Numbered from the stretch's first letter, positions 1-12,040 are shown. The stretch is 64,000 nt of DNA from an uncultured Verrucomicrobiae bacterium (GCA_963788655.1 CAWBHS010000076.1:154729-218728); one strand, 5' to 3'. Notes: generated from the sequence alone by a model not told the origin. Numbers and translations: made by a program.

Positions 1-1918
1 GGCTCACCGCCGTTTGAATGTGCGTGGTGCCCTGGTTTTGTTCCTTCGAGGCCAGCGCAATTTGGGCCATCACCTTCTCGAGCGTATTGATCCGGCTGAC
101 GATGTCCTGGAACCCGCTCTCCACTTTGTGCGCCGTGGCTTCAACGGCGGTCAGGCTTTGGGCCACTTTCTCGCTCACGCCGACACTCCGGCGGCTGCGT
201 TGCAGAGAGGTCTGAATTTTTTGGGCGGTGTCCTGGGCCGCGGCGGCGCAGCGCTGGGCCAGGTGGCGCACTTCATCAGCCACGACGGCAAAGCCCATGC
301 CGGCCTCGCCCGCGCGCGCCGCTTCCACCGCGGCATTCAAGGCGAGCAAATTAGTTTGAAAAGCAATCTCGTCGATGGTCTTCAAGATCTTCCCGACTTC
401 CTGGCTGGAGCCGTGCATTTCTTGCACGACCGTAGCCATCTCCGCCACGGCCCCCTTGATGCCCTCGACGGTTTGGCCCAGTTCGCGCAAGCGCTCCAGG
501 CCGGTGGCGGCGGCCAGGTGCGATTGCTGACTGAGGTCCTGGCCCTGGGTAGTATGTTCGGAGTTGCGTTGCGTCCTGGTCGCCATTTCCTCGAGGGAGG
601 CACTGGTTTCTTCGAGAGACGCCGCCTGTTCACTGGCCGCTTCCGCCAGTTTTTGACTGGCCGCCGAAAGCTGGCCGGCTGAGCCGGCGACCTGATCGGA
701 GGAATTCCCCAGTCGTTTGACAATGGCTTGGATCGGACCTGCCAGGGATAATGACACCCGATAACTGACCAGCAACACCACGAGGGCTACGCCGATGGCG
801 CCCGCCAAAATCCACCACATCATGTGCGCCATGGCCGCGGAGACCTTGTCCACCACCGCGGATGTTTCGTCCTCATAGGCGCTCACGCCAACCACCCAGT
901 CCCACGGCGCGTAATACGTCACGGCGGCCAGCTTGCGGCGCCCGGTGTCTTCCCCGGGATTTTTCCACGGATACGATTCCAACAGCACCGAACCGTCCGT
1001 CCGCCGCACCGCTTGCTCCACGATGGATTGGATGACGTAGCGGCCATCGGCGTCTTTGGCCTGCCAGATGTCTTCGCCATCGCGCTTCCCGTCCTTCGAA
1101 ATCAGGTAATGGCCGCGCTGCTCGCCGTGGCCGCCGAGCACAAAAACATACCCCGTCTTGCCGACCACCAGCTTGAGCATGGTGCGGCGCACCGTGCGGG
1201 TGAGATCGCTCTGCTTGACGCCGACGTACAGCATGCCCATGACGTTGCGGTGTGCCGCGTCCCAGACCGGTTCATAGACGGTCTCGTGCCATTCGTTCAC
1301 GACGAAGGCACGTCCGCGATACGTTTCCCCGCGCAATACGGCGCTCACCACCGGGTTGGGGTTGCCGTCCGGATTCTTGGCCGGGATGTAAGTGCCGATG
1401 GCGCGCCGGCCGTCGGTTTCGAGCACGGTCGTCGCCACGCGCAGCATGTCGCCGCCGGCGTTCATCCGCTGAAAGACGGTGCAGTGATCGCGCGTCAGGC
1501 GTTGGACGTCATCGACCAGCAGCGAGGATTGGTTGGTGGTCAGGTTCTGCCCGAACCATTGATTGCCCAACTGGAATCGGGGCAACTTGACGGAAGTGCT
1601 TTGTTTGGTGAACTGGTTGACAGCCTGCCAGGTGGCGGTTTCGGTCGCCAAGGTGAGGAACCCCTTGGCGTCAAACAATTCGCGAGCCACGGCCGCACTG
1701 TGGACAATGCGGTTTTGGTTCCGTTCATCTGTCGCGGAGCAAAGTTGGTAAAGCGTCTGCGCGGTCTGCTTGACGGTTGCCACACTTTCCTGCTGCACGA
1801 GCGCGCGCAGTTGGGGTTCGGTGGTGTGCTTTTGATACCAGGTGACCACCGTCAAAGTGGCGGCACTGATTAAGGCCAGGCCGCTTCCCAACAGACTAAT
1901 TTTGGTGCTGATTTTCAT
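1..1918 (-). CDS. Methyl-accepting chemotaxis protein with Cache-type (Cache_3/Cache_2-like) sensor; 3' end runs off the window
   Basis: Manual translation from ATG at 1918: [27 protein letters not shown] (TM1), WQAVNQFTK (Cache-like). MCP tip [37 protein letters not shown] near 260-380. Not in the ORF track because there is no stop inside the window. Confidence 0.9.
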   Translation of the reverse strand, partial: MKISTKISLLGSGLALISAATLTVVTWYQKHTTEPQLRALVQQESVATVKQTAQTLYQLCSATDERNQNRIVHSAAVARELFDAKGFLTLATETATWQAVNQFTKQSTSVKLPRFQLGNQWFGQNLTTNQSSLLVDDVQRLTRDHCTVFQRMNAGGDMLRVATTVLETDGRRAIGTYIPAKNPDGNPNPVVSAVLRGETYRGRAFVVNEWHETVYEPVWDAAHRNVMGMLYVGVKQSDLTRTVRRTMLKLVVGKTGYVFVLGGHGEQRGHYLISKDGKRDGEDIWQAKDADGRYVIQSIVEQAVRRTDGSVLLESYPWKNPGEDTGRRKLAAVTYYAPWDWVVGVSAYEDETSAVVDKVSAAMAHMMWWILAGAIGVALVVLLVSYRVSLSLAGPIQAIVKRLGNSSDQVAGSAGQLSAASQKLAEAASEQAASLEETSASLEEMATRTQRNSEHTTQGQDLSQQSHLAAATGLERLRELGQTVEGIKGAVAEMATVVQEMHGSSQEVGKILKTIDEIAFQTNLLALNAAVEAARAGEAGMGFAVVADEVRHLAQRCAAAAQDTAQKIQTSLQRSRRSVGVSEKVAQSLTAVEATAHKVESGFQDIVSRINTLEKVMAQIALASKEQNQGTTHIQTAVS

Positions 1919-2037
1919 GGTTAAAGCATGGTCAGGGTTGTCTCCGTCGCGGGAAAGCGCTGAACGATTGCACCCCGTCGCGACGGGTGGGAGCGTGGGA
2001 CGGCCACGATCATTGCGCCGACCGCGCGCCATCACGC

Positions 2038-3858
2038 TCAGAAATCCTTAAAATCGTTTTCCAGTGGAAGGCCTTGTCCAGCAGCGGCACCAATGACGGC
2101 CAATTTTCCGCGCGATGCCGGGCCCCGGCCGTTCCCCTGGCCGTTCCCGTTGGTGGCAGGTTTCCCGCGGGCGAGGTTGACCATTGGTTGGGGCGGCAAA
2201 ATCAGCGGCTCCGCCACGGCAGGAGGTGCCGGCGGGAGGACCTCAGTCGCCGCCGCGTGCTCCCCTTGCACCATCTGCCTCAAGGAGAACGACACCTGCC
2301 GGACCATTTCGGCCTGGCTGACCAATTCATGGGCGGCGCTCGAGGTTTCTTCGGAGATGGCGGCGTTGCTTTGACTGACATGGTCCAGTTGGCTCACTGC
2401 CGTTTGGATGTGCGCGATGCCCTGGCTTTGTTCCTTGGAAGCCAACGCAATCTGCCCCAGCATGGTGTCCAGTGAATTGATGCGGGTTACAATATCCTGG
2501 AAACCGCTTTCCACCTTGTGCGCGGTGGCTTCCACGTCGCCCAGGCTTTGCACGACCTTCTCGCTGAACGCCACCCCCTGATCGCTACGCTGAAGGGAAA
2601 CCTGGATTTTGTCCGCGGTATCCTTGGCCGCGGCAGCGCTGCGTTGGGCCAGGTTGCGGACTTCGTCGGCGACAACGGCAAAGCCCATGCCGGCCTCGCC
2701 CGCCCGCGCGGCTTCGACCGCCGCGTTCAACGCGAGCAAATTGGTCTGGAAGGCGATCTCGTCAATGGTCTTGAGAATCTTGCTGACTTCCTGGCTGGAC
2801 CCGTGCATTTCGCGCACGACGGTGGTCATTTCGGCGACGGCCATTTTGATGCCGTCGAGGGTGTGGCGCATTTCCTCGAGCCGCTCCAGTCCGGCATCGG
2901 CAGCCTGACGGGAAAGTTGGCTGAGGTCCTTGCTTTGGGCGGCGTGCTCGGCGTTGCGCTGGGTCATGGTGGCCATTTCCTCAAGCGAAGCGCTGCTTTC
3001 CTCGAGGGACGCCGCCTGGGCGCCGGCGCCTTCGGCCAAAGACTGACTGGCGGAGGCAATCTCGCGCGCGGCGACCGTGGTTTGATCGCTGGTGCTTTGA
3101 ATTTCGTCGATGGCTTGGGAGAGCGGCCCCAGGATCATGCGGCGGTTCAGCAGGAAGAACCCTCCGGCAATCAACATGACGCCGGGCAACACCCAAAAGA
3201 TGGCCTTGAACATCCCGGCCCACACGACGGCGTCCACCGCGTTGAATTTGGCTTTCAACACAAACGCGCCGTGAGTTTCGCCGGTTTTCCAACCTTCCAT
3301 GGGGCCGCCCACGAGATCCTTGCCGTCGCCCGTGGGACTGCTTTTCGGGTCGCCATGGCAGGCCAGACAATCGGCGGTCAGCACGATGGGCCGCGCATAC
3401 ACCAACTCTTTGTTCTTGGTGTCCACCTGGAAATATTCCTCATGCGATCCGTCCGCCAGGTACTTCAGGATTTCCGCTTCGGCCGGCGTGGGAGTGTTGC
3501 GGGGATTGCGCGGTTGGTGCTTGGGAATGCGAAAATCGAAACCTTCTTTTTCGGCGGCCCGTTGGATGGCGGTCCAGGTGGCCACAATGGGGATGGTGCT
3601 GTAGAGCGTGGAGGCTTGGAGTTCGCCGCCCTGTTGGAATTCGGCCAGCAACTTCGGCCGGTCATAAGCGCCGCGGGCAAAAAGCTCCGACGCATGCTGG
3701 CGCATTTGCTCGGCTTCGGTGATGACCAAACGCATGGTTTGGTGGGTGAGCTCAATCTCGCGACGCCGCAGGACACTGCGGTGGACGACTTGGGTGATGA
3801 TGACTGCCAGGAGCACCGCCCCCACCGCGGCAAAGATGATTTTCGTGCCCAGTTTCAT
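2038..3858 (-). CDS. Methyl-accepting chemotaxis protein with DUF3365 (Tll0287-like) heme-c sensor domain
   Basis: 606-aa ORF with two TM segments, periplasmic PRNPRNTP...YARPI...CLACHG heme-c motif and an MCP signalling tip; ends in DFKDF. Confidence 0.93.
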   Translation of the reverse strand: MKLGTKIIFAAVGAVLLAVIITQVVHRSVLRRREIELTHQTMRLVITEAEQMRQHASELFARGAYDRPKLLAEFQQGGELQASTLYSTIPIVATWTAIQRAAEKEGFDFRIPKHQPRNPRNTPTPAEAEILKYLADGSHEEYFQVDTKNKELVYARPIVLTADCLACHGDPKSSPTGDGKDLVGGPMEGWKTGETHGAFVLKAKFNAVDAVVWAGMFKAIFWVLPGVMLIAGGFFLLNRRMILGPLSQAIDEIQSTSDQTTVAAREIASASQSLAEGAGAQAASLEESSASLEEMATMTQRNAEHAAQSKDLSQLSRQAADAGLERLEEMRHTLDGIKMAVAEMTTVVREMHGSSQEVSKILKTIDEIAFQTNLLALNAAVEAARAGEAGMGFAVVADEVRNLAQRSAAAAKDTADKIQVSLQRSDQGVAFSEKVVQSLGDVEATAHKVESGFQDIVTRINSLDTMLGQIALASKEQSQGIAHIQTAVSQLDHVSQSNAAISEETSSAAHELVSQAEMVRQVSFSLRQMVQGEHAAATEVLPPAPPAVAEPLILPPQPMVNLARGKPATNGNGQGNGRGPASRGKLAVIGAAAGQGLPLENDFKDF

Positions 3859-4036
3859 GCCATCAAGACAAGCGACGGCTCATCGCTCCAGCCAGCTTCC
3901 GCATTCATACCACGCATATATCAAAACCACGCTGAGCAAAAGGACTGCCAAAGCAACTCCGCAGCAGGAGGTTTCTCCAGGCGATTAGAGGCACTCCGGA
4001 GAGCCGAAGCCGTTGGGCGGTTTCCGTAGCGCGCGC

Positions 4037-4478
4037 TCAGGCGGCCACGTTGAAAAGAAAGTCCTCGTCGAGAATCAGAAGGGTTTGCTGGTTCTTTAAT
4101 CGCTGCCCGACCCGCCACGCCATTCCGGGTACTCGCCTGGGCCAACCCCACCGGCAATGCTTCAATGTTCTCTTCCGGAATCGGCTCCACCGCCTCCGCC
4201 AAGTCAGCACTGAAAGCCAGTGAACCATTACCGCGGGACAAAACAATGGCCAACTCCCGATGCCCTTCCGTCAATATGCGCCGCGATTCCTCGAACCGCC
4301 GGATCAACGCTGCCAACTCGCGGTTGCGGCGGGAGGCGATTAATTCGAGCGCCCCATCGGTATCGCCACAATCGGCCCGGCGCAGCGCCTCGTCCGCCGT
4401 GGCATGAATTTGTTGATGGGGTGCCTCCATGCTGGGCAGCGTCATGCGCAGCAGCCGGTCTTCATCAGCAAGGGCGCG
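4037..4478 (-). pseudogene. 5'-truncated, frameshifted CZB/CheW-like chemotaxis protein remnant
   Basis: DRLLRMTLPSMEAPHQQIHA resembles the C-terminal half of a CZB domain. A CheW-like segment follows (ELAIVL...AFSADLAEAVE) and ends in another frame as RVGQRLKNQQTLLILDEDFLF. In-frame stop just upstream. Confidence 0.55.
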
Positions 4479-4601
4479 TTAATGAAGCCTCGACTTTCGA
4501 GGGCGAGTGCTTACGTGCAATAACTGCGAGCGAAAAGCGGCTGTGATCCACGGTTCGCGGTTGGAGCTTTGACTTCAGCACGGTGCAGGCGGGGCTCGAT
4601 T

Positions 4602-6597
4602 CTAGGAATGCTTGAAATCCCCTTCCATCTGTAGTTCCACCCCGTTGACCACTCCACGAGTTTCAGACTGAGGCAGGATGCGGCGCCCGTTGCCGGCGCC
4701 GTAAGGTTTCACAATCATGGGGCCGATCAGATTGGAGGACTCCGCGCCGGTTGCCGCCACGTTGGGGGCGCTTGGGGGAGAACCGGTGGCCGGCCCGCGA
4801 TGCCCGTCCACCATCTGTCGCAATTCGAGCACCACCTGTTTGACCGCCTCGGCCTGGCCGACCAGTTCCTGCGCGGCGCTCGCGCTTTCTTCGGCGACTG
4901 CGGCGTTGTTTTGACTCACCTGGTCCAATTGGCTGACAGCAGTTTGAATGTGGGTGATGCCCTGGCTTTGTTCTTTCGACGCCAACGTGATCTGCCCCAT
5001 CATCGTGTCCAGGGAATTGATCGCTTGTACAATGTCATTAAAGCCGGCCCGGACCTTTTGGGCGGTGGCATCAATTTCCGCCAGCCGCTGGACGACTTTC
5101 TCGCTCTCGTTCACGCTCTGGTCACTGCGCTGGAGGGAAACCTGGATTTTGGAAGCCGTGTCTTTGGCGGCGGCGGCGCTGCGCTGGGCGAGGTTGCGCA
5201 CTTCGTCGGCCACCACGGCGAAGCCCATGCCGGCCTCGCCCGCCCGGGCCGCCTCCACCGCGGCGTTCAAGGCCAGCAGATTCGTCTGAAACGCGATCTC
5301 GTCAATGGTCTTGAGAATCTTGGCCACCTCCTGGCTGGAGCCGTGCATCTCCCGCACCACCCGGTCCATTTCGGCCACGGCGGTTTTGATGCCTTCCACC
5401 GTACCCTGCATTTCCTGCAATCGTTCGCGACCACGATCAGCCGCCGCGCGGGACTCGTGACTGAGGCGCTGGCTTTGGGCGGCGTGTTCGGCATTCCGCT
5501 GGGTCATCGTCGTCATTTCCTCGAGCGAGGCGCTGGTTTCCTGCAGCGACGCCGCCTGTTCGCTGGCGCCCTCGGCCAGTTTCTGGCTGGCGATGGACAC
5601 CTGGCCGGACGCCTCGGCGCTTTGCTCCGCGCCCTCGGCCAATCGGCCGGCGAGGCCTTGAATGTTGAGGAACACCGAGCGCGTCCCCCACCAGACCGTG
5701 CCGGTGATGACCCCCAGCGCGGCCAGGATCATCCAGATCGAGGCGTGTTTCATCGGCGCCAGTCCCGCCAGGAACTCCGCGCGGGGCGCGATGGCCATGA
5801 CGAGCCAGTGCTTGCGATCATACGTCGCGAACTGGGCCACTTTGGCTTCGCCTTTGAACACGTATTCACTGCGCCCATTGCGTTGGGCCAGGATCGTTTT
5901 GCCAAAGTCGGTACTTGGAAATGTTGACCTTGAGAATGAAGTCCAGGTCCTTGTGCGCGAGCGTCAAACCGGAGCGGTCGGTGATCGCCACATAGCCGGA
6001 TTTCCCGATGGTAATATCGCGGAGAAACGCCGTGGAAAAGGCGTTCAATTCGACGGGGGTGCCGACCATGCCCACCACCCGGTGCTGTTCATCGGTAATG
6101 GGCGCGGTGATCAGCACCACGGGACGACCGGTGGCCGGCGATTGCTGGGCGTCACCCACCCAAGCCTCTCCCGCCAGCGCCTTCTGCACGTTGATGGCGT
6201 AGGCGGGGAGCTTGCCGACTTCAATGCCTACGGATTTTCCCGCAATTGAATCCAGGAAGATGGTGCCGTTGGTGTCGGCGAGGAAGACGTTTTCATACAC
6301 GGGATGAAGCTGGTGAAACGTCGCCAACCGCGCTTTGGCGTCATCCAATTGCCGCCCGGCGCAAGCCGTCTCGAACCCGGGATCGCCACTCAAGAACTCC
6401 GCTTGGCTTTCTCGATCTGCCACCCATTGCTCCAACTCGCGCAACGCCTGTTGCACGGTGGCGGCGAGATGTTGGTCCTGCTCATGGAGGATTGAGCGCG
6501 AGGCAATGCGATACGCGTTGAACACGATTCCCATCATGATGAGGAGCATCAGCGGGGTGAGGGTGAAAATCAGTTTGGTACGAAAGTTAAACTTCAT
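4602..6597 (-). CDS. Methyl-accepting chemotaxis protein with dCache_1 sensor; one frameshift near 5910
   Basis: ORFs 5866-6597 (TM1 + dCache: [26 protein letters not shown]) and 4602-5861 (TM2 + MCP) join if one extra C is removed (TAC-C-GAC TTT GGC gives YDFG). Confidence 0.88.
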
Positions 6598-6701
6598 ATT
6601 TCGCTAAACAGGAAAGATGGGCGCGGTACCGATGCTCTGCGGCGGGAAACGTCGTTGCCCATACGCGGAAAAAGGTACCATCACCGGATGTTGGAGTGCG
6701 T

Positions 6702-8432
6702 CTAAAAGTCTTTGAAATCACCGTCCATGGGAATGTCGCCGCCGGTGACGACCCCGGCGACCTTGGGTTGCGTTCGGCGGCCGTGGCCGTGGCCGTTGGC
6801 GGAGCGCTTGACATACATTGGCTTCAACGGTTTCGGAGCGGTCATGGCGGTAGCGGGGCGGCTGATCGTCGGGGCATGGCGGGCTTCATGAGCCGTGGCT
6901 TGCTTGCCTTCCACCGTTTGGGTCAATTCGACGGAAACCTGGTTGACCGTGGCTGCCTGCGCCGCCAATTCCTGCGCGGCGCTCGAACTTTCCTCGGCCA
7001 CCGCGGCGTTGCTCTGACTCACCTGGTCCAATTGGCTGACGGCAGTTTGGATGTGCGCGATGCCCTGGGTTTGTTCCTTCGACGCCATGGCCACCTGGCT
7101 GATCATCGTGTCCAACGAAGTAATGCGGCTCACGATGTCCTGGAAACCGCTTTCCACCTTTTGGGCGGTGCCTTCCACTTCGGCCAGGCTCTTGACCACC
7201 TTTTCACTGACGCCCACACTTTGGGTGCTGCGCGCCAACGACACCTGGATTTTTTCGGCAGTGTCTTTGGCGGCGGCGGCGCTGCGTTGGGCCAGGCTGC
7301 GCACTTCATCGGCGACAACCGCGAAGCCCATGCCCGCTTCGCCGGCGCGGGCGGCCTCGACGGCGGCGTTCAATGCCAGCAAATTGGTTTGAAACGCGAT
7401 CTCGTCAATCGTCTTGAGAATCTTGCTGACTTCCTGACTGGACCCGTGCATTTCGCCGACCACGGTCGTCATTTCGGCCACGGCCGCTTTGATGCCTTCC
7501 AGGGTGTGGCGCATTTCCTGCAGCCGTTCCAATCCAGCATCGGCGGCCTGGCGGGATTGCTGGCTGAGGTCTTTGCCCTGCGTGGAATGCTCGGAATTGC
7601 GTTGGGTCATGGTAGCCATTTCCTCGAGCGAAGCGCTGGTCTCCTCCAGCGAGGCCGCTTGCTCGCTGGCGCCTTCGGCCAGTTTCTGGCTCGCGGCCGA
7701 TACCTGCGAGGCGGCGGATACCGTCTGGTCCGACGAAGCCGCCAGTTTCTGGATGCTCTCCTTGATCGCCGTCATCAGTCGCGTCGTGGAACGGGTCGTC
7801 CAGAGGGCGGCGCCCAGTCCGCAGAGACCGCCGAAGCCCAGCAGTAGCAGGCACCAAAGGCGCAAACGCTGGTAACGCGCCGCCGCCGCGTCGTACTCTT
7901 TGCCGGCCACCCGCAATTGCAAATCGACCAACTGCCCGATCTTGGCCGTGACCGGATCGATGTCCGTGTAGAGCGGGCCGTCGAATTGGGCAAGTTGGTC
8001 CTTGAGGCTGCCAGTGTGGGTGGACAGGAACTTGTCCAACTCAGCCACCGCTTTATCCGCGGAGACAAACAACGTTTTCAATTCCTCGGCCAACCGGCTT
8101 TCCTCGGGAGTCAATACGGTGGCCATGTAGGCGTTCCAGTTGGTTTGGATTTGCTGACCCGCCTCGCGCATGCTGCCCAGCGCCTGTTGGGCGGTGAACA
8201 CGCCGGCGTTGGCCTTGTTGATCGCATCGATGATCAGCACCGCGTAGGCGTCGGAAATACTCTTGAGTTGCTCCAAGGGCACCACCCGATCGTTATAGAC
8301 CGTTTCCAGGCCTTGCTGCGTTTGCCGCAGGCCCTTGAGCCCCAACAAGCCGGACGCCAGGGCGATGGCCGCCAGCAACAAGCTGGGACCGATGAATTTG
8401 ACAGACATTTTGCTGAACAGGGCGATTTTCAT
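6702..8432 (-). CDS. Methyl-accepting chemotaxis protein with four-helix-bundle (4HB_MCP_1) sensor
   Basis: 576-aa ORF; TM1, [15 protein letters not shown] 4HB signature, TM2 and MCP tip; ends in DFKDF. Confidence 0.93.
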   Translation of the reverse strand: MKIALFSKMSVKFIGPSLLLAAIALASGLLGLKGLRQTQQGLETVYNDRVVPLEQLKSISDAYAVLIIDAINKANAGVFTAQQALGSMREAGQQIQTNWNAYMATVLTPEESRLAEELKTLFVSADKAVAELDKFLSTHTGSLKDQLAQFDGPLYTDIDPVTAKIGQLVDLQLRVAGKEYDAAAARYQRLRLWCLLLLGFGGLCGLGAALWTTRSTTRLMTAIKESIQKLAASSDQTVSAASQVSAASQKLAEGASEQAASLEETSASLEEMATMTQRNSEHSTQGKDLSQQSRQAADAGLERLQEMRHTLEGIKAAVAEMTTVVGEMHGSSQEVSKILKTIDEIAFQTNLLALNAAVEAARAGEAGMGFAVVADEVRSLAQRSAAAAKDTAEKIQVSLARSTQSVGVSEKVVKSLAEVEGTAQKVESGFQDIVSRITSLDTMISQVAMASKEQTQGIAHIQTAVSQLDQVSQSNAAVAEESSSAAQELAAQAATVNQVSVELTQTVEGKQATAHEARHAPTISRPATAMTAPKPLKPMYVKRSANGHGHGRRTQPKVAGVVTGGDIPMDGDFKDF

Positions 8433-8488
8433 GAGGAAGGGGGAAGGGCAGGTTTTGTGGGGATGTTCATTATGGGGAAGGGAGGAGA

Positions 8489-8672
8489 AATCCGAAGGCC
8501 GAAAGCCGACATCCGAATGAAATCCGAAGGACCGAAATGGAAAGGCGCGTCGGTTGCTGTCGCTGTTTCTTCACTGGGCTGGCTGGCCAACGGGATCCGT
8601 GGGCACCGTTTGGAACTGGTGACATTGCGGCTTGGAAATGCTTTCGGATTTCGGCCTTCGGATTTCGGGTTT
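8489..8672. repeat. Inverted pair of degenerate heptamer tandem tracts (ATCCGAA/GGCCGAA ... TTCGGAT/TTCGGCC)
   Basis: aatccgaaggccgaaagccgacatccgaatgaaatccgaagg at about 8489-8530 and tttcggatttcggccttcggatttcggg at about 8642-8669. A similar tract lies at 33309-33355. Confidence 0.7.
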
Positions 8673-8677
8673 TCAGC

Positions 8678-9187
8678 TTAGGCAGCCGTCAACATACTTG
8701 CTGCGGCGATGTTGGCGACGCCCACCGCTTGGTCGATGTCCAGCAGGGCCACCACGCGGGCCTTGATCTTGGCCATGCCCAGGAGATAGGCCGTATCCAA
8801 TTGGGTGCCAAAATCCGGGGTGTCCTCAATGTCGGCGGCGCCAATGTTGAGGACTTCTTCCACGTCGTCAACGACCAGGCCCATGAGAATGCGGTTCGTG
8901 GAGGCGCTTTGCACCTGCACCACGACAATGCACGTGCGTTCGGTGGTGGCCGCCTGGGGCAAACCAAACTTCAGCCGCAGGTCAATCACCGGGATGATTT
9001 TGCCGCGCAAATTGATCACGCCGCGGATGTATTCGGGCATTTGCGGCACCACCGTGATGTCGCTCTGGCGAATGATCTCGCGAATCTTGAGCACGTCGAT
9101 TCCATAGGATTCGTGGCCCAGGACAAAGGTCAGATATTTGCCGGCCAGATTGGTTTTGGCCGGCGCTTCGGTTGTCACATTGCTCAT
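8678..9187 (-). CDS. cheW: Chemotaxis coupling protein CheW
   Basis: MSNVTTEAP...GKYLTFVLGHESYGIDVLKIREII...PQMPEYIRGVINLRGKIIPVIDLRLKFG. Start taken at Met50 of ORF 8678-9334. Confidence 0.95.
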   Translation of the reverse strand: MSNVTTEAPAKTNLAGKYLTFVLGHESYGIDVLKIREIIRQSDITVVPQMPEYIRGVINLRGKIIPVIDLRLKFGLPQAATTERTCIVVVQVQSASTNRILMGLVVDDVEEVLNIGAADIEDTPDFGTQLDTAYLLGMAKIKARVVALLDIDQAVGVANIAAASMLTAA

Positions 9188-9491
9188 CCCTGCCCGACTC
9201 AGCAGGAGGATTGCCAAGTTACATGGAGGGCGGAGTGGCTGTGGCAAGCAGGGGAGGGAGAATGGCCAATGGACAATGCTCAAATCCCACCGAAGGATCA
9301 ATGAGCAGTGAACCAGCGGAGTGGGAGGAGCCAAAAGCCGTAGGCCGAAAGCCGAGGTCGAAAAACTGTTTACAGTTCGAACGGTTTCCGGGCTGACCTT
9401 ACAGCAACACTTTCAAACTCAACAGGACCAACGGTCGCACTAAGATCATGCGTGGTTTTCATCCGAAGAGCGGCCCCGGGGCTGTTCGAAA

Positions 9492-9539
9492 GTGGTTGGC
9501 GAGGCGCCAACCGCGGCGCCCGGGGCGGGCGCGCTCCCC
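9492..9539 (+). repeat. REP-like double-hairpin element, family B, copy 1
   Basis: gtggttggcg-AGG-cgccaaccgc, then cgcccggggcgggcg and a cgctcccc tail. Same architecture at 31228 and 41599. Confidence 0.75.
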
Positions 9540-9653
9540 AACTGAATGGTTACTGCCAACGCAAGCTGGAGATGTTGCAGGAATCGGATTTCGGATTTCC
9601 CCAACTCCCTGCGTTCGTCGCAATTCGCCCTTTGACAAACTCAAAATCTTCGC

Positions 9654-9682
9654 TTGACCTGCGGGCGGCGGCTGCATAAATT
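9654..9682 (+). promoter_or_regulatory. Putative sigma70 promoter of the ilvB leader
   Basis: TTGACC-N17-TAAATT, 8 nt upstream of the leader ATG at 9691. Confidence 0.6.
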
Positions 9683-9690
9683 TCCCGCCG

Positions 9691-9769
9691 ATGTTAAGAA
9701 ATATTCGACTGGTGACTGGGTCTGGTAGTCGTCGTAGCCGACGGCGCCGTTGGTGCTTGTCGAAATTGA
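9691..9769 (+). CDS. Putative branched-chain amino acid attenuator leader peptide (one extra G near 9718-9720)
   Basis: Removing one G from ACT GGG TCT gives [25 protein letters not shown], which is I/L/V-rich with a VVVV run and lies directly upstream of ilvB. Confidence 0.7.
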
Positions 9770-9786
9770 ATTGCAATTTCAACAAG

Positions 9787-9821
9787 AACCCACGGCTGCC
9801 AAAACGGTCGTGGGTTTTTTT
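9787..9821 (+). terminator. Attenuator terminator of the ilvB leader
   Basis: aacccacggctg-ccaaaa-cggtcgtgggtt stem followed by a T run. Its 5' arm can instead pair with gccgttggtgcttgtcgaaattg (about 9746-9768), forming an antiterminator. Confidence 0.85.
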
Positions 9822-9860
9822 ATTTTGCCTGCGGCCTTCAGCCCCAACCATAGAAAGAAC

Positions 9861-11752
9861 ATGAGCAAAAGCATTGCCGAAAAGAAAACCAAAACTGCCC
9901 GCCGTTCCCGCGCCGAGGTGGGCCGGACCATGTCGGGCAGCGACATCCTCGTCGAAGCGCTCGAGCGCGAGGGCGTGGACACCATCTTCGCCTATCCCGG
10001 CGGCGCGAGCATGGAAATCCACCAGGCGCTGACGCGGTCCAAGAAGATTCGCACCGTCCTGCCGCGCCACGAGCAAGGGGGCGCGTTCGCGGCCGAAGGC
10101 TACGCGCGGGTCACCGGCAAGGCGGGGGTGTGCATGGCCACCAGCGGCCCCGGGCGCGACGAACCTGGTCACCGCCATCGCGGACGCTTACATGGATTCG
10201 GTGCCCATGGTGGCCATCACCGGCCAGGTGCCGCAGCACATGATCGGCAAGGGCGCGTTCCAGGAAACGGACATCTTCGGCATGACCCTGCCGGTGGTGA
10301 AGCACAGCTATCTGGTCACCGACATCAACGACATCCCGCGCATCGTGAAGGAGGCGTTTTACATTGCCCAGACCGGGCGGCCCGGACCGGTGCTGATTGA
10401 CTTGCCGAAGAACGTCCAGCAATCCCGCACCCAGCCGGTGTGGCCCAAGGAAGTCGAGTTGCGCGGCTATTCCCCGCGTCCCAAAGCCGAGCGACGCTGG
10501 CGCTGAACGAATCATCGGCCTGATCGAGAAATCCGAGCGGCCCGTGCTCTACTGCGGCGGCGGCATCATCAGCGGCAACGCCAGCAAGGAATTGCGCGAG
10601 TTCGTCGAAGCCACCCAGATTCCCGTGACCACCACGCTCATGGGCTGTGGCGCGTTTCCCGAGACGCACGACTTGTCGCTGCGCTGGCTCGGCATGCATG
10701 GCGCGGCGTTTGCCAACTGGGCGGTGAACGGCGAATACGAACCGCGGCAAAAGACCGTCCGATCCGATGGGTGAAGGTCAAACACGGCGCGGATTTGCTG
10801 CTGGCGTTCGGGGTGCGTTTCGACGACCGCGTGACCGGCAAGGTCGAGGAGTTCTGCGAGCACGGGCACGATCGTTCACATTGACATTGACCCTTCGGAG
10901 ATCAACAAGAACACGCAAGGTCGCAACTGCCCGATCATCAGCGACATCAAGTATGCGCTCGCGCGCTTGAACCGAGATGATCCGCGAACGTCCGATTCGA
11001 GAAGAAGTTCAACGGCTGGCATCGAGCAGATTGCCGAGTGGAAGGAGAAGGCGCCCTTCGGCTATCGGGTCACCGAGGAAGTGGTCGCAGTCGCAGCACA
11101 TGCAGGATCATCTCAGGGGCCGCGAAAACGAAGTCATCCTGCCGCAGATGGCCATCGAGATGCTGTACGAATTGACCAAGGGCGAAGCCATCATCACGAC
11201 CGGCGTGGGCCAGCACCAGATGTGGAGCGGCGCAGTGCTACAAGTTCAAACACCCGCGCCAGTTCGTCACCAGCGCCGGTCTGGGGTCGATGGGCTTCGG
11301 CTATCCGGCCGCGCTCGGCGCCAAAGTGGCGCGTCCGCGACAAGCAGGTGGTTGACATTGACGGCGACGGTTCGTTCCTGATGAACGTCCAGGAACTGGC
11401 CACCGCCCACATCGAGAAGATTGCCGCCAAGGCGATGATTCTGAACAACCAGCACCTCGGCATGGTGATGCAATGGGAAGACCGCTTTTACGCGGGCAAC
11501 CGCGGCCACACCTACCTCGGCGACCCGGACAAACGGAAGCTGATCTATCCGGATTACGTCGCAGTCGTGCAACAGCTTCAACGTGAAGTGCGAGCGGGTG
11601 ATGTTCCGGCAGCGACCTGCGAGCCGCCATGCAGCGAATGCTCGACGCGAAGGAGCCGTATCGTGCTGGACGTCATCGTGCCGTACACCGAACACGTGCT
11701 GCCGTTCATCCCGGCCGGCAAGACGGTGGCGGACATGATCTGGAAGGTGTAG
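9861..11752 (+). CDS. ilvB: Acetolactate synthase large subunit, broken by many frameshifts (likely sequencing errors)
   Basis: [82 protein letters not shown]...NNQHLGMV, spread over all three frames. Roughly a dozen frame switches. Confidence 0.92.
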
Positions 11753-11780
11753 GCACCGGATCGATTTCGCTTCGGTTTCG

Positions 11781-11814
11781 GCAGGGCGGCGCGGCGGCGC
11801 CGCCCTGCGTTCTT
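11781..11814 (+). terminator. GC-rich hairpin downstream of ilvB (terminator or REP-like)
   Basis: gcagggcggcgc-ggcg-gcgccgccctgc, a perfect 12-bp stem followed by only a weak T tail (gttctt). Confidence 0.5.
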
Positions 11815-11909
11815 CCAGAGGTCGGTGGTTTGCGAATGGGTCGTGCCAGCGCGGCCAATGTCCAATGCTCCCTTCGAAAAGGGCTCCGCGGCCGGCGCGT
11901 CAAACATGG

Positions 11910-12040
11910 GGAGTGCGCCTGGCTTGCCGACGCTTTCGGACGAAGGCGAGGTCGGGTTGCGCGCCCGTTGCGCTGGTATTGTTCAGGCGGGCTCCGAGCA
12001 ACAGCGGGAGCAAGTTCCGCGCATTCCAAACGCGGGCGCG
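11910..12040. repeat. REPIN-like inverted pair, family A, copy 1
   Basis: ggagtgcgcctggcttgccgacgcttt ... cagcgggagcaagttccgcgcattccaaacgc. Confidence 0.7.

Noticed and set aside
9190..9480. c-di-GMP riboswitch or sigma28 promoter upstream of cheW
   Set aside because: No convincing GEMM motif or GCCGATAA-like -10 element was found.
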